From contig CM059433.1 in NCBI GenBank assembly GCA_030390025.1, forward strand, positions 23,996,001 through 24,060,000: a stretch of DNA of 64,000 nucleotides. The letters are read 5' to 3'. The notes below the pieces were generated by a model. The model did not search any database. It had not been told where the DNA came from and saw only the letters and a program-made list of their open reading frames with translations. Position numbers and translations under genes: made by a program. The stretch comes from Squalus acanthias (Eukaryota). Below, piece after piece: positions 1-11,899 of the stretch. Each line of letters starts with the position of its first letter. Positions within the stretch are counted from its first letter, which is position 1.

Positions 1-349
1 TAAACAAATGTGGAGAGAGAGTCTATTCATCTGGCTGCCAGCAAACTCTCAAATGATCTTGGACTCCTCAGCAAATCTATTCTTTTATATTCCCAATACC
101 AGAATATCAATTTAAAACCTAATAGAAAATCTAAAAAGAAATTGCTAGACATTCTTGGATCGAAACAGTATATGTATTTGTATTCCACTGGTGAAGTAGA
201 CAATTGTGGAATTAAAATATCATCAAATATATACTTTGCCATGCAAAGTCCTCTATTTAAAAATATATATTTGAATGACGTATTAGGTGGTGAATTGTAG
301 TTATCTGCTTATTGTATTACAGTTTGGATCATACTTTTCACTGAAATCC

Positions 350-1085
350 AGAACCACATAAGGAAGTCCTTGGGCCCATCGTGTTTGTGCCGGCTTTTTA
401 CTAGAGCAATCCAAAACTAACTCTACTGCCCTGCTATCGCCCCATAGCTCTGTGTCTTCCTCTGCTTCAAATATTTATTCAATATTCCCTTAAGATATGC
501 ACTAATCGCTGCATCAACCACTTTTATAGCAAAACATTTTGTGCTCCTGCATAAAGAAACTTCGCCTAACCCCTCACTTCACCATCAATTGCTCTCCAAA
601 CAATAAAATAGTCTTTCCCTAGTCATTCCAACAAAACCTGTCGTAATTTGTTTAACTCTCTTAAATCTCCTTTTAGCTTTCTCTGCTTCAAAGGAAATAC
701 TCTCAAGTCTCTCCTCATAACTGTGGAAGGATTGCCTTGTGCTCCTATGAGATGTTTTGAAATCTGTGGAAATGTCTGTTTTGAGCACGGTATTAACTTA
801 TGTTCAGCTCAAACAAAGTTACAAAAGTTCTGTATTCACAAATGAATATAATAGCAGTTTCCCATCCCTGGTATCATCTTGATGAATCTATGCCGTACGC
901 TCTCTATAGTTTTAATGCTCTTTCTATAATGGGGAACCCAAAACTACACACACTATTGTATAACTATGGCCTTACCAATGCTTTGTACAAAGTTATCTTT
1001 ACTCTTGTACTCCATGCTAATATTTACAAAGCCCAAATTGCTTTTGGCCTTTTATAATAACTTTATCTATCTGCACTTGCACCCC
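350..1085 (-). mobile_element. Old degraded CR1 LINE 3' fragment
   Basis: Colinear but diverged similarity to the young CR1 at 22425-23286 (e.g. GGCCCATCGTGT, GGCCTTACCAATGCTTTGTACAA); no intact ORF. Confidence 0.6.
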
Positions 1086-1799
1086 AAAATATTTTTTCAG
1101 TACATTATTATATAGCTTGCTTTATATCATAACAAATTTAGTACAAGACTTGCCATTTAGCAAATGCTCAAATTATCTTGGGATCCAGATAGTGATTGAC
1201 AGGATCAGTCCTTCCTTCCCCCAACCACCTCCAATTTCCCACTTGCTCTATGCATTTACTCTGATCCATTCCATTGAAACACTGGGATGAACTGGGTGGG
1301 AAAGGGAATTGGGACAGATGCATGGGGATCGGAAAAGGAGACAAGTTGACAGACATGCAGCATTAGGAGAGGAAATTAGTTTGTTTTTCTAGTGTGTTCA
1401 AATTCAGCTTCTGTTCACAGTGTCACCTTGGAGTAAATGTACCACAGCCCTGCAAAGCATGACCAACTGGGTTCAAATCTGATATCCAGCAACAGAATCC
1501 AGATGGTCATGCTTTATAGGGTTGCAGTTCCAGCGACGAAGCCATGATAGGAGACTGCTATTGAACTCTCAAAACCATTATTAGTTCGGACAGCTACGAT
1601 AGGTAATCAGGCATGTAAAATTTATCGAGGGCTTGCCCAGAAAAAAAACGTAAGCTTTGCGCATCATAAATTTTGTTGGTTCAAGTACTGCTGCTAGCTT
1701 TCACCAACATGAATTTAACACAAACATAACTAAACAATTTCAGATATTTTCCTATGTTATAATAGGTCAGCTATTGAACTAATGAATACAAACTCATTT

Positions 1800-2250
1800 A
1801 CATAGAATTAAATTAGAATATACAGCACTGAAACAGGCCATTCGGCCCAACCAGTCCATGATGGCGTTTATGCTCCACTCGAGCCTACTTCCATCCTTCC
1901 TTATCGAACTCTATCAGCATAACTCTCTATTCCCTCCTCCCTCATCTGCTTATCTAGCTTCCACTTTAATGTATCTATACTATTTGCCTCAACCACTCCC
2001 TGTAGTAGCGAGTTCCACATTCTCACCACTCTCTGGGTAAAGAAGTTTCTCCTGAATTCCCTATTTGATTTCTTGGTATCTATCTTATATTGATGGCCTC
2101 TAGTTTTGCTCTTCCCCACAAGTGGAAACACTCCCTCTGTGTTGACTCTTTCATTTTAAAGACCTCTATTAGGTCACCCCTTAGCCTTCTCTTTTCAAGA
2201 GAAGAGACCTTTCCTGATAGGTGTAACCTTGCAGTTCTGGTATCACTTGA
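1800..2250 (-). mobile_element. CR1 LINE 3' fragment
   Basis: Minus-strand peptides SLEKRRLRGDLIEVFK and RRNFFTQRVVRMWNSL (CR1 ORF2 C-terminus), the GGGCCGAATGGCC 3' motif and a TTCTATG-type tail. Confidence 0.9.
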
Positions 2251-2320
2251 TCCATTTTTTTGTGTTCCTGTACATTTCTCGGTGTAAATGTGAATTGTAT
2301 ATTTACAAAATAGCAAGAGT

Positions 2321-5300
2321 TTGCGGCTGCAGGGCATTCTGGAGGGGGAGGGTGAACAGCCAGTTGTCATGGTACATATAGGTACCAACGATATAGGTAA
2401 AAAACGGGATGAGGTCCTAAAAGCTGAATATAGGGAGTTAGGAGGTAAATTAAAAAATAGGACCTCAAAAGTAGTAATCTCAGGATTGCTACCAGTGCCA
2501 CGTGCTAGTCAGAGTAGAAATAGAAGGATATTTCAGATGAATACGTGGCTAGAGGAATGGTGCAAGGGGAAGGGATTCAAATTCCTGGGACATTGGAACC
2601 GGTTCTGGGGGAGGTGGGACCAGTACGAACTGGACGGTTTGCACCTGGGTGGGACCGGAACCGATGTCCAAGGGGGAGTGTTTGCTAGTGCTGTTGGGGA
2701 GGGTTTAAACTAAAATGGCAGGGGATTGGGAACCTGTGCAGGGAGACAGAGGAAAGGGAAGCAAGGACAGAAACAAAAGACAGGAAGGAGAAAAGCAAAA
2801 GTGGAAGGCAGAGAAATCAAGGGTGTAAATCAAACAGGGCCACAGTAAATAATAATTCTAAAAGGACTAAGTGTTAAAAAATCAAGCCTGAAGGCTTTGT
2901 GTCTTAATGCGAGGAGCATTCGTAATAAGGTGGATGAATTAGCTGCGCAAATAGATGTAAACGGATATGATATAATTGGGATTACATGGCTCCAGGATGA
3001 CCAAGTCTGGGAATTCAACATCCAGGGGTATTCAATATTCAGGAAGGACAGGAAAAAAGGAAAAGGAGGTGGGGTAGCATTGCTGGTTAAAGAGGAGATT
3101 AACACAATAGTAAGGAAGGATATTAGCTCTGATGATGTGGAATCTGTATGGGCAGAGCTGAGAAATACCAAGGGGCAGAAAACATTAGTGGGAGTTGTAT
3201 ACAGACCCCCAAACAGTAATGCTGAGGTTGGGGATGGCATTAAATGGGAAATTAGAGATGCGTGCAATAAGAGCACAGCAGTTATCATGGGTGACTTTAA
3301 TCTACATATAGATTGGGATAACCAAATTAGTAACAATACTGTGGAGGAGGAATTCCTAGAGTGTATACGGGATGGTTTCCTGGACCAATATGTCGAGGAA
3401 TCAACTAGAGATCAGGCCATCTTAGACTGGGTATTATGTAATGAGAAAGGATTAATTAGCAATCTTGTTGTGCGAGGCCCCTTGGGGCGGAGCGATCATA
3501 ATATGATAGAATTCTTCATTAAAATGGAGAGTGAAGTAGTTGACTCAGAGACTAGGATCCTGAATTTAAATAAAGGAAACTACGATGGTATGAGGCACGA
3601 GTTGGCTCGGATGGATTGGGGAACGTTACTTAAAGGGTTGACGGTGGATAGGCAATGGCAAACATTTAAAGATCGCATGGATGAACTGCAGAATTTGTTC
3701 ATCCCTGTTTGGCATAAAAATAAAACAAAAAAGGTGACTCAACTGTGGCTAACAAGGGAAATTAGGGATAGCATAAGATCCAAGGAGAGGACATATAATT
3801 TGGCCAGAAAAAGCAGCAAACCTGAGGATTGGGAGCAGTTTAGGATTCAGCAAAGGAGGACAAAGGGATTAATTAAGAGGGGGGAAATAGATTATGAGAG
3901 TAAGCTTGCAGGGAACATAGAAACTGACTGTAAAAGCTTCTATAGATATGTGAAGAGAAAAAGATTGGTGAAGTCAAGCGTAGGTCCCTTGCAGTCAGAA
4001 TCAGGGGAATTTATAATGGGGAACAAAGAAATGGCAGACCAAATAAATACATACTTTGGTTCTGTCTTCACAAAGGAGGACACAAATAACCTCCCAGAGA
4101 TGCCGGGGAACATAGGGTCTAATGAGAGGGAGGAATTGAATGAAATCAGTATTTGTAGGGAAACGGTGTTGGGGAAATTGATGGGATTGAAGGCCAATAA
4201 ATCCCCAGGGTTTGATAATCTACATCCTAGGATACTTAAGGAAGTGGCCCTAGAAATAGTAGATGCATTGCTGGTCATCTTCCAAAATTCTATGGACTCT
4301 GGAACAGTTCCCATGGATTGGAGGATAGCTAATGTAACCCCACTATTTAAAAAAGGTGGTAGAGAGAAAACGGGGAATTATAGACTGGTAAGTCTGACAT
4401 CAGTAGTGGGGAAAATGCTAGAGTCCATTATAAAAGATGTAATAGCAGAGCACTTGGAAAACAGTGACAGGATCGGACAAAGTCAACATGGATTTACAAA
4501 AGGTAAATCATGCTTGACTAATCTACTGGAATTTTTTGAGGATGTAACTGGTAGAATAGATAAGGGAGAACCAGTGGATGTGGTGTATTTGGACTTTCAG
4601 AAGGCTTTCGATAACGTCCCGCATAAGAGATTAGCGTGCAAAGTTAAAGCACACGGGATTGGGGGTAAGGTACTGTCTTGGATAGAGAACTGGTTGGCAG
4701 ACAGGAAGCAAAGAGTTGGAATAAACGGGTCTTTTTCCGAGTGGCAGACAGTGACTAGTGGGGTACCGCAGGGATCGGTACTAGGACCCCAGCTATTCAC
4801 AATATATATAAATGATCTAGACGAGGGAACTAGATGTAATATCTCCAAGTTTGCAGACGACACAAAGCTGGGTGGGCGTGTGTGCTGTGAGGAGGATGCA
4901 GAAAAACTCCAGTATGATTTGGACAGGTTGGGTGATTGGGCAGATGCATGGCAAATGCAGTATAATGTGGATAAATGCGAGGTTATCCACTTCGGTGGCA
5001 AAAACAGGAAGACAGATTATTATCTGAACGGCAATAGATTGGGAAAAGGGGAAGTGCAACGAGACCTGGGTGTCCTTGTGCACCAGTCGCTGAAGGTAAG
5101 CATGCAGGTGCAGCAGGCGGTTAAGAAGGCAAATGGTATGTTGGCCTTCATAGCGAGAGGATTCGAGTACAGGAGCAAGGATGTCTTGCTGCAGTTGTAC
5201 AGGGCCTTGGTGAGACCACACCTTGCGTATTGTGTGCAGTTTTGATCACCTTATCTGAGGAAGGATGTTCTTGCCATGGAGAGAGTGCAGCGAAGATTCA

Positions 5301-5765
5301 CCAGACTGATACCTGGGATGGCAGGAATGATGTATGAGGAGAAATTGGGTCGATTAGGCTTATATTTTCTAGAGTTTAGAAGAATGAGAGGGGATCTCAT
5401 TGAAACTTATAGAATTCTAACAGGACTAGACAGACTAGATGCAGGAAGGATGTTCCCAATGGCGGGGGAGTCCAGAACCACTGTCTAAGGATAAGGGGTA
5501 AGCCATTTAGGACTGGGATGAGGAGGAATTTCTTCATCAGAGAGTGGTGAACCTGTGGAATTCTCTACCACACAAGGCAGTTGAGGCCAATTCATTAAAT
5601 ATATTCAAGAAGGAGTTAGATATATTTCTTAAGGCTAAAGGGATATGGGGAGAAAGCAGGGACAGGGTACTGAATTTGGATGATCAGCCATGATCTCATT
5701 AAATGGCGGAACAGGTTCAAGGGGACTAATGGCCTACTCCTGCTCCTATCTTCTATGTTTCTATG
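2321..5765 (+). mobile_element. 5'-truncated CR1 LINE (ORF1 C-terminus + ORF2 APE-RT), inactivated; antisense within the GCM intron
   Basis: ORF1 remnant 2321-2713 has SGNH-esterase-like motifs (VHIGTND, DGLHL). ORF2 2897-5245 has APE motifs (LNARS, YRPP, GDFN, SDH) and RT motifs (PQGSVLGP, FADD), a premature TGA at 5243-5245 and a frameshift near 5480. It ends in CCTACTCCTGCTCCTATC(TTCTATGT)n. Confidence 0.97.
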
Positions 5766-5998
5766 GAACATTCTCCTATATTAGATTTACCTAGTGACCC
5801 AAATAGACCAGTGAAAAAGTTCGGACTTTCACTTTGAATATGTCTAGAGTGTTTTGTGGATACCAGAAATAATAATATAATTTAGTTTTATAAGTTTCCC
5901 TTTGTTTTGTTCAAAGTTAATGAAAAGAATTAAAAAATAAAAATAAATTAATTTCAAATAAGTGAAGGAACTACAGAATTAATTAAGATTTTACTTAC

Positions 5999-6251
5999 TT
6001 TGTTGTTTCTGTCGTGCCTTGTCACATATGGCAGGTCTCTGATAGATCTTTTTACCATCAGGCAGGGAGCAATCATTGGTGCAAACTACTACTCCAAGAC
6101 AGGATTTCTTCAGAATGTGGCAGTTGTGGTTGTTGGTATTCCTCATGGCCCACCCACTCTGATGTCTTTGTGCATTTTTATCATCAGCACTATAAATAAA
6201 TTTTACATAGGAATCTGTCCATTCCTGGAAACTATCCAATTGATGCACATC
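5999..6251 (-). CDS. gcm1: GCM-family transcription factor (GCM1-like), second coding exon, GCM DNA-binding domain
   Basis: Acceptor TCTCTTCAAAG| then [84 protein letters not shown]; donor A|GTAAGT (phase 1); 253 nt; in frame with the upstream exon. [17 protein letters not shown] and RPAICDKAR are GCM hallmarks. Confidence 0.95.
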
Positions 6252-6964
6252 CTTTGAAGAGAAATTAAACAATAATTAAAATGTAGTTGCTTTCTATTAT
6301 ACATGTGCTTTCAATCACAATCTGCAGTAAAAATGAAATTGTCAGAAACACCTGTAGTGTAGAGTGTTATTCATCATAATGTCTCTAATTTTGACAAAAT
6401 CATCCAGATAGATTTAGATCCATTGTTTTTTTCATGAGTTGATTTCAATTCAGAGCTTGGCTTTAACGAACATTATTAACTAATACATCTGTCGGAAAAC
6501 ACGATCATCTGTGGTACCAAAGAACTTTGTTTTGAGAATAATGTTCTTGAAAGATACATTAAAACAAAATGTCATATATCAAAGGGCAATCAAAGAGATG
6601 TTTAATATTATTAGCCTAAAACAATTAGGGTAAAAATCCAAAAAATTGTACAGTGTATTATGATATATGGACAATATAATATTTTCAGGTATGGGTTATA
6701 TCTTAATACCTTATAACAGGAAATCCCTTGTCCAATTTTATCTGTTATTTGAAAAAGAAATGCTACAATTCATAGCAGTTCCTTTTTCAAAAGATACAGA
6801 AAAAACTGATTTAACATCTTTTTGTGTTTCATTTTTTAAGCTGTACTTAGTAAAGCATAATGTTAAGCTATCAATGGGAAATGTTTTGGAGAAGTACTGT
6901 GCCTGCTACAGAAGCAGCTGGATTAATATCTACAGTGCCAAAAGATGCTAAAGCGTTCTAGGTT

Positions 6965-7290
6965 AATAAAGAAGGAAGTGGCACTTATATTGTGCCTGAC
7001 ATGTACCTCCAAAGTGCTTTACGGCCACTGAATTGCTCTTTTTTGGAAGTGATACATAGGCAAATTTGGTAGCCATAAGCCAGGACATGAATATTCCTGC
7101 TCTTCTTCAAATATTGCTGTGGAATCTTTTAAATCCACTCTTTCTATCTTACCCGAAGGACAACATTTCCATCAATGCAGCACCCCTGCAGTATTGTACT
7201 GAAGGGGCCCAGATGATATGTTCATGCCCTGAGTGGGTGTACCACCTTCTGACTCAAAGGCCAGAGACCTGCCAACCGAGCCAAACTGAC
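6965..7290 (-). mobile_element. Degraded Deu-domain SINE in the GCM intron
   Basis: Blocks match the copy at 16354-16744 (CAAAGTGCTTTACGGCCA, CCTGCTCTTCTTCAAATA, CACCCGAA-like, TGCAGCAC), followed by a remnant tRNA-like head. Confidence 0.7.
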
Positions 7291-8213
7291 AAATGGTCAG
7301 TAAACTCCGCTCTCCTACAGCGGCCAGGTTCAAAAACTTTTCCTCGTCGGTTCCCCCATGATGTTCTCACCTCCTGTAAAATGCTAATTGAGGAATGGCC
7401 GAACACAAACCTATCACTTTACGCCACTTCTTGTAACTGTTTTGATTTTCAGTTGGCGAGACTGTTTGAGTCATTCTGCATCGCGACTGCATTGTAATAT
7501 GTGAAAAAATTCAGGGAATCACGTGCCCATTTAGGTTGCAGTGTCTGTAAGGGAGTTAATGACCAAAACGTACAGATTGTACATTTGCTACGATTGTAAT
7601 TTTCTTGTGCGGTCGCTTTGTACGGCTTTAAAACACGGTCAGAAAATAATCTAAATATTCCTCGACGAAATGTTTCTAATTTTTACAAACGAAACTACTA
7701 GACGATAAGGGGGGGGGGCAGAATCCAAAACTACATCCATAAGTATCTGTAAAGACGGGGTGTGAGAGTGCGCCTTATAATGTGCAAAATATTTTGATCG
7801 AAACTTGGCAACGCTTAACTGAGAGGGACCCATAGGTCATGTACACACATTTCTGGGGATTCTGCACTTTCCCCTCACAGTATCGAGCAATACGACCCTT
7901 TGGAACGGTTATTTTAACACACTTTTTAAATGCTCAAGATTCTGGAAATAGTTCAATTTATTACAAAAAATAAAATTACTAAAGGGATGGAGGCATCAAT
8001 TCGCATTGAATTTGTGATGAAGGTTTTATCTCTGGAATTAAAATAAATTTCCGTTGGTATATTAATACGCACTCCAATTTAATCGCGCGTATATTTTCAT
8101 ATATACGAGAAGGTAGAAAACAAGTTACAATAGGCGGCCAGATGTTGCTCACAGGAGCTGATGTTGTGGGAAGCCCCTAATTCTGTTTGAGCGCCCCAAG
8201 AAGCTACACTCAC

Positions 8214-8312
8214 CTGGGGCAGTTTGGGGTCGTTAATGTCCCAAGACGTCAGTGATTCGTGTGAAGAAATGTAGTCGGAGTTTGGGAAACAATGCTCGCC
8301 GCCTTTCAACAT
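8214..8312 (-). CDS. gcm1: GCM-family transcription factor (GCM1-like), first coding exon
   Basis: ATG at 8312 reads MLKGGEHCFPNSDYISSHESLTSWDINDPKLPQ; SWDIND-x-KLPQ is the N-terminal signature of the GCM domain. Ends at CAG|GTGAGT (phase 0, GT at 8213-8212). A candidate acceptor GCTTTTCAG| puts the exon start, with 5'UTR, at ~8423. GCM family is near certain; the paralog call is less so. Confidence 0.9.
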
Positions 8313-8930
8313 CCTCTTGAGGTGTTTTGCTTGTGCAAGCTCGAACGAAAGACTCCCACGTATCCCCCAAGAGCCTCTTTCAGAAATCCAGAACCGGTTT
8401 CGTTGAGAGACTTGAATTCTCCTCTGAAAAGCAGTTACAAGATAAGTATCAATTCTGCATTGCTGACAAAACTCGTTCTGTGGAATAGCTTGTGTTATAG
8501 ATGATAACAGGTCACGACTCGAGCAAATGATTTACATGCGCGAAGGAAAACAAAAAACTAAACCACTTTTTATTTTCCAAAACAGCATCTTCCTAACAGA
8601 TATATATACATAATTGTTATCTGGTCAATAAGATCCACGACAATTCAAGAAGTGCAGACCCTGCTTAAAAAAACAGTAGCTGATCCTACGAGAGGAGCTG
8701 TGATCCTGTGTATCTCGAGCAAGGACTCTGTAGACCTGAAGTTGGTACAGTACTGAGTACAACATATCTTAATCACACCATTGCCAACCAGACTTGTCAA
8801 AAGTCACACTATTACCAATGCAAGTATCTGGGGAATAGGATAAAACCAACAGCTCCCAACAAAGTCGGCGAAAGCAACCCAAGCACATACAAGCCATTCA
8901 CATTGCCACTCGAGCAGGAAAGGTGTTTAC

Positions 8931-9090
8931 CTGCCTGCAGGCTGGAGACTCCTTTGGAAGCGTGCGCCGGGCGGTGTGGTGCTGAAGAGCGGTGTCCGCT
9001 TAGTGTCCTGTGCGCCAGGGAGCTAGACCAAGGATCAGAGCCGATGCTCCGATGAGTCACACAATCCAGGAAAGGAACCGCGCTCTTCAC
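8931..9090 (-). other. Putative non-coding first exon of the GCM gene
   Basis: GC/CpG-rich block ending in a minus-strand donor CAG|GTAAAC (GT at 8930-8929), upstream of the acceptor at ~8424. Mammalian GCM1 has a non-coding first exon. The 5' boundary is a guess. Confidence 0.5.
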
Positions 9091-9150
9091 CGGAACATCA
9101 ACTCAATGGCATTTCATGCAAATAAGTTCTGCGCCCTGTCCAATGAGCAA
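9050..9150 (-). promoter_or_regulatory. Candidate GCM proximal promoter motifs
   Basis: AP-1 TGAGTCA (9053-9059), octamer ATGCAAAT (9116-9123) and CCAAT (~9140) are clustered next to the putative first exon. Confidence 0.35.
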
Positions 9151-9648
9151 CTAACAAGGGCCCGAGTCAAGGTTTGGCGCAAGAGAAACACATCGAATCA
9201 TTTAATCCACAATTCAACATCTTTCTCAAGATGTGGTACAGAACAAATTCTGCCACATTCTCAGGTAAAGTCAGAAAGTAGTATTGGTGTCTGAGAGATT
9301 TTTTTGATCAGCCAGATGGCATGCACAGACATTCATCCTCATTCTTAATAGTCCCCAAAGCAAACTGCTGAGAAATCCTTTTGCCTGATGTAAGCTAAAC
9401 TGCTCTTGGTGGGTTTAGTCCACCTAACCCCCGTTGTGCCCAGCAGACAGCTGGATCTTAACCAACTAAAACGGTGCAACTTACCAGCGCAGAGCACTCG
9501 TAGGCTTCCTGGTGCCTGTCCAGATAGGACAACTATTACAAATTTAGGGTTTTGCCTTAGATATTCTGTCAGGTACAGTGGTGCTCGTCACTCCCGTAAG
9601 TGGTCTGAGCATCTTAGGCTTATGGATGTGCCCGTATTACCCAATATC

Positions 9649-10446
9649 AAACAACAACTTGCATTTATATAGCACCTTTAATGTAGCTAAATTTCCCAAG
9701 ATGCTTCACAGGAGCATAATCTGACAAAAATTGACATAAAGCCAAAAAAGGATACATTAGGACAGGTGATCAAACACTTGGTCAAAGAGGTAGGTTTTAA
9801 GGAGCATCTTAAAGGAGGCGAGGTGGAAGGGAAAATAGGTTTGGGAATGGAATTCCAGAGCTTAGAGCCTAGATGGCTGAAGGCACGGCCGCCAATGGTG
9901 GGGAGAAGGAAGTGGGGAATGCACAAGGGGCCAGAGTTGGAGGGATGCAGAGTTCTCGGAGGGTTGTAGGGCTGGAGGAGGTTACAGTGACAGGAAGGAA
10001 CGAGGCCATGGTGGGATTTGAACTGGAGGATGAGAATTTGAAAATCAAGGCGTTGGTGGACCAGGAGCCAATGTAGGTCAGCAAGCACAAGGCTGATGGG
10101 TGAACGGGACTTGGTGCAAGTTATGATACGGCCAGCAGACTTTTGGATTAGCTCAAGTTTACGAAGGGTGGAAGATGGAAGGCCAGCCAGGAGAGTATTG
10201 GAACAGTTGAAAGTAGAGGTAACAAAAGCATGGATGATGTTTTCCACAGCAGATAAGCTGAGGCAGAGTTTGAGACAGGCGATATTACAGAGGTGGGAGT
10301 GGGTGGTCTTTGTGATGGAGCAGATATGGGGTCGGGAGCAGCCTGGTTCAGCCTGAGACAGTGACCAGATGTAATCGTTGGCTTGGGAACTGAGTTTGTG
10401 GCGGGGTCCAAAGACAATGACTTCGGTCTTCCCAATGTTTAATTGC
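9649..10446 (-). mobile_element. L2-clade LINE 3' fragment
   Basis: Peptides QLNIGKTEVIVFG, IHAFVTS, LADLHWL and GGRAFS-KLWNS-P are typical of the L2 ORF2 C-terminus; tail CTATATAAATGCAAGTTGTTGTT. Confidence 0.9.
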
Positions 10447-11439
10447 ATGACACTTGGGCTTATATATCTAACTATATTATAGTGTAACCCAGGAGTGTAA
10501 CAATAGTATTCCCTTGTAATCTGAACTGGATATTTGTGTCTTTTATACATGAACTTCTTTAACCTCTTCAAAGGTAGAGTGAGAAAACACCTAGTAAAAT
10601 GAGGCCTGATACAAATCATTAAGTTGTTTTATTTCACAGCACATGAACATACACTGCAACAGTTGTGATCAGATTCACTTATTCCAATCAGTACAATTTG
10701 TCTTTGCATAATAATATGAATTAATGAACACGCTACACTTCCCCACATCAATGGGTTGTCCTACTTGATTTAAGTAAAAAAGCTCCTAATCATACTCTTG
10801 CTTTCTAACCTTCTCACAGTCTGTGTTGGGACTGGCTGCCTGTGTCTCTGTCTCTATTTTTATCACCCTCTGTTCACAACAGTGGCTCCCCAACACAATG
10901 TCTATGAGATATTTATCATTTGCTGAGACCAATTAACAAATGACTTATTGCTTACAGTCTTTGGGGAAAACAACATCCATTAGCATATAAACCACTTTTG
11001 ATCTAGGTACTTTTTTCTAAACTTGAGTGAATACATTTTGCTTGAAAATCCAATATTTTAAAGTAACTCTTTCAAATTCGTTCTTTGGCAAAAATGCTCA
11101 AATAATCCTGAAATGTGACACCCATTCTACCTGTTAGAGAATTGATTTACATGTTCATTTGGAGTTGAGGGCAAACAATCTGAGCTCCCATTGATGGATC
11201 TACTTTCCCAGACTGATGGGTTAATCAACATTAACACGCTGGAATACTGTTGGCATGCCTCGTCCAGGTACTTGATTGTCGAGTCCAGTGAAAGGATCGG
11301 CATAGCTCAATATTTCCATTGCCAGGTATGTCTAAAGATGGAGTAATTCCTTTTGAGGTGGCTGATAATTCACAGTATCTGGAGGAGTGTTAAAGACAAA
11401 AGCTAAATCACTTGATGAAATCAGATAATTCCATTTGAA

Positions 11440-11760
11440 CCTTCATGGCCTCACCCCTCCCTATCTCTGTAACCTCCTCCAGCCCTACAAACCCTCCCCA
11501 GAGCTCTCTATTTCTCCTATTCTGGCCTCCTGTGCATGACCCTCTTCCCTTTGACCTATCATTGGCAGCCATGCCTTCACTGCTTAGGCCCCACGAAGTG
11601 GAATTCCCTCCCAAAACCCATTCACCTCCCCAACTCCCGAGCTTTTGGTTACCCCTCCTAATATTTCCTTCTTTGGCTTGATGCCCATTTTCGTCTGATT
11701 ACATCTCCGTGAAATGCCTTGTGATGTTCTTCTACATTAAAGGCAATATATAAACGCAAT
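11440..11760 (+). mobile_element. L2-clade LINE 3' fragment, inverted relative to the 9.6-10.4 kb copy
   Basis: CTTCATGGCCTC..TGTAACCTCCTCCAGCCCTACAA and the end TTAAAGGCAATATATAAACGCAA match the reverse complement of 9650-10020. Confidence 0.85.
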
Positions 11761-11899
11761 CACGGTCACAATTTGGGTTTATTGATTATTTTTTTCCTTC
11801 ATGGAAATGAATTTGAGATTGAGTTATGTTCAAGTTTAGTGTTTGAAAACAAGGTAGTAAATTTTAAATCAAAATCTTAATGCCTATTGACACCATGAA

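Noticed and set aside
1..2300. Next GCM exon (expected CPNC..PCRGH..PVTNFWR)
   Set aside because: Not found by eye on the minus strand; probably lies left of the window.
2830..5221. Minus-strand ORFs of 124-168 aa
   Set aside because: Antisense shadows of CR1 ORF2.
9687..10619. 310-aa ORF as a host gene
   Set aside because: L2 ORF2 remnant fused by chance to flanking sequence.
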